In this document: in pieces, positions 25,801 through 37,800 of the stretch
How the letters are laid out: each line of letters opens with the position of its first letter
How positions within the stretch are numbered: position 1 is the stretch's first letter
Source: Klebsormidium nitens
Lineage: Eukaryota > Plantae > Klebsormidiophyceae
Direction: 5' to 3'
Length of the DNA: 64,000 nt
Assembly: GCA_000708835.1 (NCBI GenBank)
Contig: DF237313.1
Location: 1 to 64,000 of the forward strand
Position numbers and translations under genes: made by a program
The notes under the pieces: generated by a model
Seen by the model: only the letters and a program-made list of their open reading frames with translations
The model's database searches: none
Told to the model about the DNA's origin: nothing

Positions 25801-28800
25801 TAAATGGTAAAATCTCAACTGGTAAACCCTAAAAGTCGGCACAGCATCTCGCAGCCTAGTGCGAAGCACCCCGGGGATTTCCCAGCACGCAGATGGTGGC
25901 CGGGAGGCCGTCCCCGGTCACCAGATCGAAAACGGGCAAGAGCCGCGAGCGCATTGTCTAGAATACTCTGATTTTTTGCAGTCGAACTTCGAAGGTGATG
26001 TTCATAACTGCCCGGATGATCAGAGGCATCCTTCGATGCTAATTACCCTCCCTTACAGAGAGTCGGCCCTCGTCTTTCTGGCTCTAGCTTCGAAGGATGA
26101 CTTCCAGTACTACATTGACGCTAGCAAACAAGTATGGGGCCTTTTGCGCTCAGCTTGCTACCGTTCACTTTCCGTCCCGTAGCTGGAAAAACTAGAGGCG
26201 GGTCTCGCGGGCGCGGCCAGCGTGAGCTGGCCGCAGACAACACCAGGTCGCTCGCCGCTCGCTCGCTGACCCAATCAACTCAAAACCTTGCACGATGTCC
26301 CAAACCCTCACACCTTACATACCCAAATGCAAACCACAAACCTTCGACGATTCTTACATTCCCTCCCGCAGTTGAAGAAACTAGAGGCGGTCCTCGCGGG
26401 CGCGCTCCGGCGCGAGCTGGCCGCAGACAACAAGGCGCAGCGCCTCGCGGCCGACATCGCGGTGGTGGAGCGGCTTAGCCGACAGCACGAGCACGCCGCG
26501 AGCTGCTCCAAAATGGTGGTCAAGTTTCGGGAAGATCGCATCAAGCGGCTGGAGGCCCTGTCGCGGGACGTGTTGCCGGTCGACGAGTACTACCAGCAGG
26601 TGAGAGCTCCTGGAACAGGGCCTTTGGAAATGTTGGGGAAATTGCTTGGTTCAAAAAGCTGTCGAGAAGTTCTCGATTGCGGCGGCGCCTCTGATGAGCT
26701 GAGAACTGGCGAAGGGTCTGGACGATCGACTTCAAGGAGAGCGATACGGCATTGTTTGCCGGCGTCACTTGCAACTTAGAATACCGGTCGAATTTTATTT
26801 TCGTGAGACGTTTGCGGGGTTCACCTCGATCTGAAGCGACTCAAAAGTTCTATCCGCCGATGATAGAGCCACATTGGGTAGCTAGTGGCGGTGTGTTCGT
26901 TCGGGCAGATTTGAATCTGCCCTTGCGGGGCAATGCTTCTGAATCCCCGACTTCCGTAGGAGGCAGACGCGAGGCAGGCGGAGATCGAGCACTCTTTGTG
27001 CGCCCTTCACTGCTCCGAACCTGCCATTGATCCGTCAAGTCGAACGGAGGCAATAATAGTGTGGCAATGTCCGCTCGGATCAACGGGCGCCCGGGAGGCG
27101 GTGGGGATTTTTCGGTGGTTGGGTGGGTCTGGTTGCGGAGCGCGTACATGTTTGGGTGAGGGTTTCTGGTTTTGTGTGCCTGGGACTCGGATCTTAGTCA
27201 AGCGACTCAGAGTTCAAGCGAACGTTGCCGGTAAAGCAATAATCACCTCTTCAGGTTTCGCTCTGTAGGAATAGTACTCGAAGCAGGCGGGAACTCCAAC
27301 TTGATATTACTCGCCGAGTATCATCCCTTCAATTCGACGAGTCGTGATCAAACAATACCGGTCACTGAGCCCGGCCCTCGGTTTCGCAGGAGGTGGACGC
27401 CCGGCAGGCGGAGATCGAGCACTGGAAGGAGCGCATGGACCGGCACCCCGAGGTCACGCGCTTTGCGCTCGACAACCTGCGCCTCCAGGACCAGCTGCGC
27501 ACGTAAGTCCTCGGAAGCGTTTAAGCTGACTCGGCTTTTGTACTTCAACATTTTGCCGCAAGCTGGAGGAAGTCGACTCGAAGGGAAGGGCTCGGCGCGA
27601 GCCCTTACTGGAAGAAGTGGTTACGGTGCGTTGATACCCAAACATTCTGAACTCGTAAAGGAAAGCTCTGCAGAATTTTGGGAGTCGTAAAAGCCTTTTT
27701 GACGACTCGTGGGTTTGGGTCTCCACGGGTGCTTTTGAGGTGCACAGAGGACAATAAGGCGCAACTTGCCTGATGCGAAACGCAGTTGCTTTCGAGCGAT
27801 TGCTTGAGGGCCTTGTCCAGTTGTACGCAGGATGCGATTCTATGCGCTGGTCATTCCTTTTCAAAGCCCACAGACCAGAGTAAGCGTCGTAACTCGAAGT
27901 TCGAGACTGTGACGACTAAATTCCACCTGGACCTGCGGAGATTATGGGATCAGTGCGAGGGCAAGACGCAAAACATGAGCTTGAGACCTTGGAAGTCATT
28001 AAGTATAGCTACTCTTACAATCAGACGGACGACAATCAAGAAATGAGTAACTAGTGCACAAAAGTCGGCCTCCTCTAATCTCCCCGCTTTCCTCCGTGTA
28101 GGCTACAGAACTTCTATAAAAGGCGGAGAATGTGTATTGAAGGGACCTCAAAATACTTGGAAAGACTCTACTTGGAAATAGATCTAAGTTGCTCCTTCCA
28201 TTTTGTGCAGGCTGCAGGACTACTGCGAGGGCGGGGAGCGCGAGCATTTGCTGGAGGAGATTGCGACGTTGCGCGACCAACTGATCGAGGTGCTGGACGC
28301 CAAAGCGCGTAACGACCCCGACATCAGGAGCTCCATCAGCAGGGTAAGCGGCGCGTGCGCGGTGCGTAGGGTCCGTTTCCTCTTATATCATTTGAGTAAT
28401 ACAGAGCTGATCGACAATGTTTGCAATAGCAATCATGAAGGCAGAGGATGATGCAATCTCGTCAAGACTGTGTAACTGTGAAAGGGCTGGTATCTGCACG
28501 TTTTAAAGGCACTCTGTTTATACAAAACCGCACTCCTACAGAAAGTGCTAGAAGGTCGACCCTAGACTGACTCCCTCTCGGTACAACTAAGTAGTGGTCC
28601 TCTTTAGCAACCCGAGATCTGACTCCTGTGTCCCGCCGTGCTCTCGTCTAGGCCAGCTTGGGAGGGGACGCTCGGGCGGCTGTCATGGCCCATCAGCTGG
28701 AGTCCGTTCGTCATGAGGTAAGGCGGTTTGACAGAATCAAGAAATCCTGTCAAGCCATTGTTCCTTTTTATTTCGAAAGTGCGCCAGAGCGAGGACATCC

Positions 28801-31800
28801 AAGAGGATTGCAACCGTTGCTCCTGGGTGTTAGCCTAAACGCCATTGCGCATCACTGAGTCTGCGGTTCCGCAAATCATGGGAGGACTCTCAGCAGATGA
28901 TTCGCTCACGTCTAGCGATGCCTATTGGGCCACCTTTCCGAATGGCGCTGCCTTTCCATTCCCGAGCACTATTCTTGCTGTCACCCATACTGTTGCAACC
29001 GCCCACTTTCATGAAGCTTCAATTTTGCAGAAGTTAGCTTAGTAAAGTAAGCTGACCAGCCCGAAACGGGTGGGGTTAGTTTGGGGGTTTAGGGTGGGTA
29101 CGGGTGTGGAGCAGGTGATTTTGTCGGTTAGATTTCTGTGTTAATGTCAGAGCTTACTTCTGCTAGAGCGTACTTTTGCTAAACTGAAGAGACATCTCTT
29201 TTCGCCCGCCCCAGCTGGACCAGTGCCGGCGCGAGGCCGCCCAGAAGCACCTGGATCTTAACGCGGCGCTCGAGAACAACGGCGCGCTCGGCGCGCGCAA
29301 CGAGGAACTAGAGCGGGAGCTCGCGCAGCTGCGCGCGGACGCGCTCCTGAAGCCGCTCGAAGCCGCGGAGGGCGACGTGGCGCGGCGCGAGGGGGCGGGG
29401 CTCAGTGTGAAGGAGCTCGAGGAGGAGCTGCAGGAGGTGCGTGGGATGATGACACGTGGCGACATGGGCGAGCTATGTGAAATGGTTTTGAGAACTTTGG
29501 CTTGACGAAAAGCGGGTGTTAGGCGGAAAAATAGGCTGAAGATTTTGTGCCGAAGAAACGGGGATAGGCGAATGCTTCTGCCGATTCGTTTGACGTTGTT
29601 ACGCTTCTGAACCTACGGGGAATTGTGAGGTGGATCCTCGCACTTTTTGAAGGGACGGTAAAAGGCAGTAAATTCTGTTCTTCTTTGCTGCAGGCGAACA
29701 AGCGGATTGAAGAGGAGACGACTCAGCGGCGCGCCGTTGAGAAGGACCTCTTCAACGCCCTCAACGACGTCTTCGACCTGCAAACGCAGCTCGAGGTGAG
29801 TCTTCCGAGAATGGCAGAATGTGACAATCTGGAAGTCCTACCATTTCGCTATATCGCGCTTTCGTTTCGGTTGCAACTTTACTGTTTTCCTGTGCAAGGA
29901 AGATCACCCTTTCTACATGCAGCGAATAATTTGCAAGTTTTATAGAGGGGATCTCGATCCCCCACAGGGAAGAAAGATGGCATTATGCGGTTGTTCTCAA
30001 ATCATGCAACTTTATGCGGGTGTTCTCAAATCATGCAACTTTATGCGGGTGTTCTCAAATCATGCAACCCATGTAGGGACTGAACGAGTCGTGTCATGTT
30101 GCAGAAAGAGAAGGAGGCTTCCCAGGACCTGGAGGTCGTGCGCGCCCACGTGGCAGACTTGGAGGAGGCCGTCAAAGCCGCAGAGGTGGGTAGATTCTCG
30201 AGATCGAAGGCCATCCTTGACGGGACACGCTGATTGACGGACAAAGACCTGCTGTATGAGATCAGCTCACTCAGCACACGCAAGCCTACCTTGTCTTCCG
30301 TTGCTCTAGCGAGTGAACTGCACCAATTCAGACTGGGTGCCGATTGGGCATGCTCCGCGAATATGCAATTTGACGTCCTGCGAAGACGCGTTTGGGAGCG
30401 GCCTCAAAATGCTGACGTGTGCCTGACGTGCAGGCGGCCGCGACGGAGGCGCGTGCGGAGTGCGAGGCGCTGCAGCAAAAGATGGCCATCGCAGAAGAGG
30501 CCCACGTGGATGCCCTGCGGGAACTGGCGGAGGCGGCGGACTGCCAAGAGCAAGGCTGGAGGAGCAAGGTGCGTCATTGGTAGCCTGATCTAGTGCGGAC
30601 GCATTTCGACCGAAAGCGGCTCTTGCAGTCCTACGGCATTCATCGCGAGAGTTTTGGGACGGGCTCAGACGAAGCTGTACATTGTGTGCCTTGAAGTGGG
30701 CATCGAACTGAAAGGACGGCAATACGCACTTTGTAACCCTGAAAGTTTACCTCCTCAATGGACGAACGATTTGAGGCGGTACGATGAAGGAGGCGCAAAT
30801 TATATAGGCATGGTCACCGCACACTCTGATATCGCGTCGCTTCTGATTGTAGGGGTACTGTTTCCTGTGCTGCCAAGCAACCAACAGTAGACAGACAGAG
30901 ACAGCCGCTCTGAGTTTCTGAAAGAAGTCGTCGTATATTCGAACGTCTCTCCTCCTTGTATCAGTCCGTAACAACAACTGTAAAGCTTCCCGCTCTCTTG
31001 CTTAAGATGCTTATCACCTCCGAAGCTTACAACCTTCGGCACGCCCACCTTCCACCATTTCAAGCCCTTCTCCGACTTTTTCACGTTCGCAAACTTCGCT
31101 TGTCTTGTTTGACAGGAAGCGGACTGGGTAGGCGACATGAAGAGCCTGAGCGGCCGCCTTCTGGACGCCCAAACTGCCCGGGAGACCGCAGAAGAGCAGC
31201 TTGAGGGGCTCACGCGGGACCTGGAGACGGCGGTCACGGCGGCAGAGGAGCATCAGAGCAACGCCGAGAAACTAGAGGTGAGAGGAGGTTACGCCGTGAG
31301 GCCCGCGTACTTTTCATGCTGTGCGGAGCTTTGCGTGGCGACATCTGCGTTCTTCACTCTTTGGTTTCATATTGCCTTCATTATAGAATACAGTGGAGAC
31401 TGTTCCGGCGCACGCCATCCGTTGCTTTCATCAGTAGACTCAGGGATATCAAGCGACAAACACCGGGTACTTATTTCTCAAACGTAGCAAGCTCTTCACC
31501 TATCCTACTCATCTCGCATCTCGACACCTTGATTTTTCCATAAAAGCAAGGGGAACAAAAGAGGCCACAAAGATCTCAACCACCGTCATCGCCCTCTTGA
31601 CTAGGCCCGCCTCTTGGCTCGGACGTCCGACTTCCAGCGCCAGCTGTCCGCCCTGGAGGAGCGCCTTTTGGCGCGCGACGAAGAAGTCGAAATTCTACAA
31701 GAGGACCTGGAGCGCGAGGAGGGTTTGAGGGCTTTAGAGGGCGACGCGGCCGTCGACCTGGCGGTGCGGCGCGTGAAGAGCGCGGCCAAGGCGCAGATGC

Positions 31801-34800
31801 GCCAGCTGGCGCGGCAACTAGAGGCGGCGATGAAGGAGGCCGCGGAGAGCCAGTGGCTCAAGCAGCAGCTGCAGGAGGGCTTCCAGGACACGTGGCAGAA
31901 GCTGCAGGTGGGGTCCTCTGCCGTTTTCGTGTCGATAATACGTAATCCTAACCCATTGATCAAACTTTTATGAATCAACCATTGGTCTAATGCAGAGGTC
32001 GCTTCGAGGTTCACTAGTTTCATGTGAAGTTTGCTTTCCGCACGTTGAGTGATTGGATTGTCGATGATTTGAGTCTGCATCTCATCCACTAAATGTCTCG
32101 GCTCTGCTTCTCGTCTGTCATCGACCACCATTCGCTAGGACCAACATCGCGCAATGGGTTCCATCCTAGCTTTCAGAAATCTTGTCATCGTTATTATCTC
32201 CTCAAAGATACGTTTTGTGTCGAGACTGTTCAATATGATTTCAAACGCAATAGCAGAATCGCGGCAAACGAGTCAACTTTGCTGGCCGAGGACCTACACT
32301 GTCTGAAACATTTCAGCATGTTGCTATCAGGAGCGCGAGGCCGAGATGGACGCCCATCGCTCAGAGGCCGAGACCGCGGCCGCGCTCACGATCCAAACCC
32401 TGGCGGCCGATGCCGACGCCGCCTTCGAGGAGGGCCGCAAGATCCGCCTCGAGATGGACCGCACCCTCAAGCAGCTGCAAACCCTGGCCTGCCACGTGGC
32501 AGCCGCCGAGGCCGGCCGCGACGCCTCGGCCGAGCGCTGCCGCGCGCTCGGGGTGGCGCTCGCTGTGCTCGTGCAGTCGCGCGAGGTAACGTCATCGCGG
32601 GGACACGTGGCAGCACGGGACGGCGAGAACGAGGCGTGGGAGGAAGCTTTAAAAGCGGCGTTGGCGGATCGGGATAAGGCGCTGGGTCTGGTGGAAGAAG
32701 CGAGGAGAAAGGAAGCGGCGGCGGTGGCTGTGGCGAGGAGAGAGGCGGAAGCGCGCGCGCGCGCGCTGGAGGCGGCGAATGCGCACGTGGAGGAGATGAG
32801 GGTGGCGCTGGCAGAGGCGGAGGAGATGGCGGACGCAGCGGAGGTAAGGTCGAAATTTCTCGACATTCACTGCGGTATGTTATGGAAGTTGAAAGATTGG
32901 AATCTATCCGAACAGGCCTTAAGATTCCAGGTGCCACTTGGGCAATCGACGGCTTTGGCCAAAGCCCTGAAAGCGATTGAGGCTTTTTAGACGAGAGCGC
33001 GGTCTATGAACAATCTAGGTATCCGGTCATTCGTCAACGTCCTGAGATCGACCAGCCGTCCAATCTCTTCCATCTCTTCCTCTTTGGTAAATATCCTAAC
33101 AACCCCGACACTTCATCATTTTATCAGCTCGCTAGCCTGCTTCGTATTCCTTACCAAGGTTTGGTTACATGTTATTGACCGTTCTTAAATACTGTGGTCT
33201 TTCGGTAAAAGGTTCACTTTGCACTGGTATCGGCTGTTATTGAAATTCGTCGTCCTCTTGGCGCAGTTGAGCAAGCAGCGCGTGTTAGAAGAGGCCGGCC
33301 GCGACATCGAGGAACAGAAGGCGCTGATCGCGGCCGCGGAGTCGGCTGTGCGGGACGCCCAAGAAGAGAGAGAAGAGGTCGAAGAAGTGCTTTGGGGAAG
33401 CCTCGAAGCAGAACGCGCAAAGCTCGCGCACAAAGAAGCGGAGCTCCAAAGTTTGATGCGCGACACGAACGAGGAAGTCGAGAGCGCGCGGAGCGAGGTC
33501 GCCAAGATGCGCGAGAAGCTGGGTTCCGCCCGTTCCGCGGCAGAACGGGCGGAGGAGGAAAGGGCGGAACTGGCGGCCGCGGTGGAAAAGATGCGCGGCC
33601 GCGAGCGCGCGCTGCGGGAGAAGGAGAAAGAGTTGGCGGAGAAGGAAAGGGGGTTAACGGAGCGGGTTAAGGAGATGGCGGAGGAGTTAAGGGAGAAAGA
33701 GGAGGCCCTGTCGGCGGCACAGCGGCAGGTGGAGGCCCAGAAAAAGGGCGTCTCCGGCCCGAACAGGGCCCCCGTGCTGCGGGAGATCAGTAATGCGACG
33801 CCCAACCACCGGTACTGCGACGCCGTCAGCGAGACGTCGATGTTTTCGGACGCGGAAAACGTGCCGTGGGGAGGAGAGGAGACCCGGGTTAACGACCAGG
33901 AGGGGGACAGTTTGCGGGCGGTGAACGCGGAATTAGAGGAGGTTAACCAGGAAATGGAGCAGCGGGTTAGTCAGATGGAGGAGGACTTAACCGCGCTGCG
34001 GGCTGAGCTGGCGGCGGCGCACGCGCAGATTGCGGACGTCCGAACGGAGAAGACATACGCGGCGCAGGATCGCCACATCGCCGCGTCCCTCGTGTCCGAA
34101 AAGCGCCACGCGTGGCTGTTCGGCCAGGTGTCCGAAAGCGCTCAGAAGGGACACGTGTCCGCAAGCGAGTCCGAACTGAGGCGCGAGCTCGAGCAGGCGC
34201 GCGCGGAGCTGCGGCGGCTGGAGGCGCTCCGGTCGCCGGGCGGAACGGACACTCCGCCGGCGGAATTCCGGCTGCACCGCGGGCGCGCTCGGACGTCTCC
34301 CGACGGGCATTCCGTGGTGATGACGGATGACGAGACGCTGTGTCAATTTGAGGGGGAGGGCTTCCCTGGCTTCGACGTGGCGGCTCATGAACAGACCATG
34401 GCGGATCAGCTCAGCGAGGTGAGTTTGAACGGTCCGAAAAGCATAGGATATCGGGATGTCAGCATAGGCTATCGGGGCGTCCGGTCACCTAGTTCAAATC
34501 TCTCTTCGTAATGACGCTTTGTAACCTGGTCGGTTGCATCAAGAGCGTTGATTGGAGCTTTTATTCGTTGACATCACTTTCTGGTTGGTGCACATCGTAA
34601 CCTGCAGCTTGACATTTCTCGACTTTCGTCCCTTTCTCGCTCTCAGCTTGATGTTCCGCTTTTGAAACTTTCAACCTGTTTCAATTCCCCGAGTGCTTGG
34701 GCGAGAATGGAAGTTTGCGAAAATGCATTTTCAATGGTTGAAGCAAAGCTCCTAACGCTCAGTGGCTGACGTAGTGCTGACGTCACCTGCAGGTGACGAA

Positions 34801-37800
34801 GCAGCTGCTTCAGACCATGGCGGAGCACGCGGCCCGAGAGGCTGAGGTGCAGGGGACGCTGGACCGGTTGGCGACGGCAGAGAAGGAGAAGCAGGCCGGG
34901 GAGCGCATCATGCAGTCGCTCGAGCAGAGGTGCGGGCCAAATCTCGCCTCACTTTTAGCCGGGGAGGTTGAAGTGTACCGATTAGTGTTCATGCTTGATA
35001 ATTATGCAGAGGGCTTTGCAAAGCAGGCCGGGGAGCACATCATGCAATCACTCGAGCAGAGGTGACCGCGAAATCTCTTTCTTCTACTCCTAGCAGAGAG
35101 GATTGGAGTGCACCGATCATTATGATTCAGCGCTTATGTTTGAGAAGTATGCTGGGAGCTTCACAAACAGGCCGGGGATACAATTCATGCAGTCGCTCGA
35201 GCGGAGGTGCGGCTCAAAGTCGTGGGATATGCAGACGACAAGCTCACGGAGGAAAGCTTTTGGAGGACGGAGGATTCTGCCCTCTGTCGGACCGATGATG
35301 CTATGCGTTGCTTTCTCGCGGGCTCACCGACTCTCCATTTTCCCTCTCTGTTGTGGCTTGGACGTTCTACCGATCCGCATTTACATAGACGTTCCATTGA
35401 CTCACACTCAAAAAGACGTATATTAGTCCCCTCTAGTGCCAGGGTGTAGATTTGTTGCTGTTGTCGCCAGATTAAAATCACACAGCAGGAGATGGACAGG
35501 AAGAAATGTGTTTTGTGCAGGCGGGACCGCATCCGATGTTCTGGACCACAACTTTACTCAACAGTTGGTTCTGAACTCTAGTCCCCCTCTCGCTTTCTCA
35601 GATGTTTGCCCTCCGAGGCGGGCCAAGACTCGTGTATCATGTAATATTCAACCGGACACAACGTTCGTCGACTCGCACGTTGCGAAAGCTCGTTGAGCGG
35701 TATACCAAAGATTCGTACAAGCGGAGATCCATCTCTTAGCGGTTTCCCGCACTCTACTCAGGCTGGGCGACGCGACTGAGGAGCTGCAGCGGCTGGTGGA
35801 CGCCCAGAAGCACAAGGAGGCGGAGGTGCGCGAGCTGCGCGCGCGCCTGTCCAACCTCGAGTCCGAGCACGACGCCGCGCAGGCCGAGATCCAGTGCCTC
35901 GAGGAGCGGCTGCTGGCGGCCACCGAGGGGATCGCCTGTGAGTGTTCTACGCTTCTGGAGGAACGCCCCGATCGGGAATCGTTCACTGACAGGGCTGACG
36001 ATCTGAGCTTCATTTTTCCTGAATTCTGCGGCACGTCCGGCAGCTGGCCGGACGATGGGGTGGCTCCATGCATTTTGAAAGTTTAGACAAAAACCGTACA
36101 TTCCTGAACAATGTACTTGGTAGCCGATAAAGTGAACCCTAACTCTGCAGCGTCCGACGGTCAAGTTCGGCGGATGTACCGACGACAAAAATGGCTCCAT
36201 GCACCCTCTAGTCTTATATTAAACCCCTAAACATGAGACCCATATACTCCCTGAAACCTTGGTAAGCCAACAACTTGACTTTTGAACTTTTCCCGCGTCT
36301 GAAGGCAAGTCCGGCGGGTGGCCAAACGAAGGGACGGTTTTTTTCGCACCAACGACGAGATGGCTTTTTTCGCACCCTGGGGGAATATAATAAGATCTTC
36401 TAAAACATAACCAACAGCTGACAACCGGTTTTCGAATCTGCAGCGTCCGGCGACAAGTTAGGTGGTTGGCCAGACGACGAGGTCGCCGCGGACGAGGCGA
36501 AGCTGGACTGCATGGAGGAGGCGCAGGAGCACCGCGACCGCGAGATCGCGGCGCTGCGCGCGCGGCTGGAGGCGGCCGAGAAGGAGCACGAGCGGGGGGG
36601 GCTGCACCTCGAGGAGTTCCTGGAGGAGAACGTGGCGCAACCGAAAGCGCAGATGCAACAGGTGAGTTGGGTATCAATTTTGTTTTGAACGATTATTTTC
36701 AGCTTTACTAGGAGTCAGGGCAGGAGCAGCGAATAAAATCATGGAGGAGAACGTGGCCCCTTTGCGAAGTGCGGTTTCCCCATTTTCCCAATCCACTTGG
36801 TAATCTCACACCCTAAGCGAGAAAACCTCGTCCAAACTTTTCCACCTGCTGCATCTGCGCCCCAAAGATGCAGGCGGATTTGCGTGTTATTGGGCGGAAG
36901 CTTTACTCAGCCGTTTGGAAAGGTGTGTTTCTCCATGTCGCTACATGGCCTTCTTGCTCGTGCTTGAATGAGGGAGAACGACCGATCCTAGGGGATCGAA
37001 TCCTGTTTGACAACAGGATACGTCGAGAGAAGTCGGCACAAAGTGCTATGCTTGCCGTCGATTGATTACTGTCTTTCCTTACTCTTATCATCCGAAAGTA
37101 GGACCTAATGTCGTCTTCAATCCCCTTTTGCCAGGTGTCCACCGAGCAGCACGAGAAAGCCCAGGCTGTGGCGGCGCTGCAGGCCCGGTTGAATGCCGCG
37201 CAGGAGAGCGAGTCCGCGCTGGAGGGCCGCGTGAAAGAACTAGAGGCGGCGATCGAGGAGAAGACGCGCGAGGTGGAGCAGGCGGTGCAGGACAAGGGGG
37301 GGGTCGCGGCGGAGGAGCTCGTGGCGGTGAGTTGAACGAGCCTTGGAGGTCTTTGTGACCTTTGCGAAGCTTGTGACACCTTATCGGCACTCGGATTTGT
37401 GTTTGTCAGGATTCTCTACCATAGAAGATGGTGTCTCCAAGCCGCGCGAAGAAAGAAGTCTTCCGCTGGTTCTTGGATGTTGTTTGCGTCCTTTTCCAGT
37501 CGCGTTAGCCTGCGTGGAGATAACGGTTTGGTAAATCAGAACTGCCTGCAGATGAGAAAAGAGAAATGCAGTTTGGAAGGAAAGCGAGGTCGAGATTGGT
37601 CAGACATCCAAGACGAGCAGGGTTAGAAGAAAAATACAAGTGGAACGAGAAACGAAAGAAGCCACAATACGTTTTTGTAGATGCTGCAAGAGCGCCTCGA
37701 GGAGGCGTCCGCCCAGCTGCGCGCGACCGCGGCCGCGCTGCAGCAGAAAGAGCGCGAGCAGGCCGCGCTCGCGGACCAGCTCGTGGGGGCGGAGCGGCAG

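Noticed and set aside
24091-30069. CRISPR-like reading of the intronic repeat arrays
   Set aside because: The units are tandem without unique spacers, the context is eukaryotic introns, and there are no cas genes.
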